NCBI RefSeq assembly: GCF_006345805.1
Contig: NC_042998.1
Coordinates: 14,446,001 to 14,510,000, forward strand
Origin: Octopus sinensis
Taxonomy: Eukaryota
Direction of reading: 5' to 3'
DNA: 64,000 nucleotides
The translations under genes were made by a program, and so were the position numbers. The notes beneath the pieces were generated by a model. The model did not search any database. It had not been told where the DNA came from and was given only the letters and a program-made list of their open reading frames with translations. This document shows, in pieces, positions 63,861 to 64,000 of this stretch (within the stretch, counting starts at the first letter, position 1; every line of letters begins with the position of its first letter).

Positions 63861-64000
63861 TTGTTATATCTATTAATTTTTCTACCAGAACATGACCTCT
63901 AGAAATGGCCGTTGAAAGTGAAGCTCATCGAACTGTATTATATACCTTATATACCATTTATATTTTTTAAAAATCCACAACGAACATATGTGTGTATATA

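Overview
This is AT-rich, microsatellite-dense eukaryotic non-coding DNA with one 100-N assembly gap (1379-1478). The repeat families and the (TA)n/(TACA)n/(GATA)n/(AAT)n load resemble octopus (coleoid cephalopod) genomic DNA; this is inference from pattern recall, not a database result. I found no convincing host protein-coding gene. Nearly all ORFs in the supplied track are microsatellite read-throughs, and the few protein-like ones are transposon fragments. The only clear host gene is a well-formed tRNA-Lys(UUU) on the minus strand (26413-26505) with a 20-nt intron at the canonical 37/38 position. The rest is a transposon landscape. It includes several tRNA-derived SINE families (working names A, B, C, E), a 5'-truncated R4/Dong-type LINE inside (TAA)n plus an older relative, and CR1, Tx1/L1, RTE and Penelope-like fragments. 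It also holds three mariner families and short non-autonomous Helitrons. The most interesting signals are: (i) minimal type-I hammerhead ribozymes, one carried behind a tRNA-like Pol III head; (ii) the intron-containing tRNA-Lys(UUU); (iii) SINE-A multimers sharing one breakpoint at five loci, plus one B-box-to-B-box unit copied into a mariner 2.8 kb away; (iv) retroelement families that each sit in a particular microsatellite; (v) two perfect inverted repeats. All coordinates and identity figures were read by hand, and repeat boundaries are approximate unless termini are quoted.
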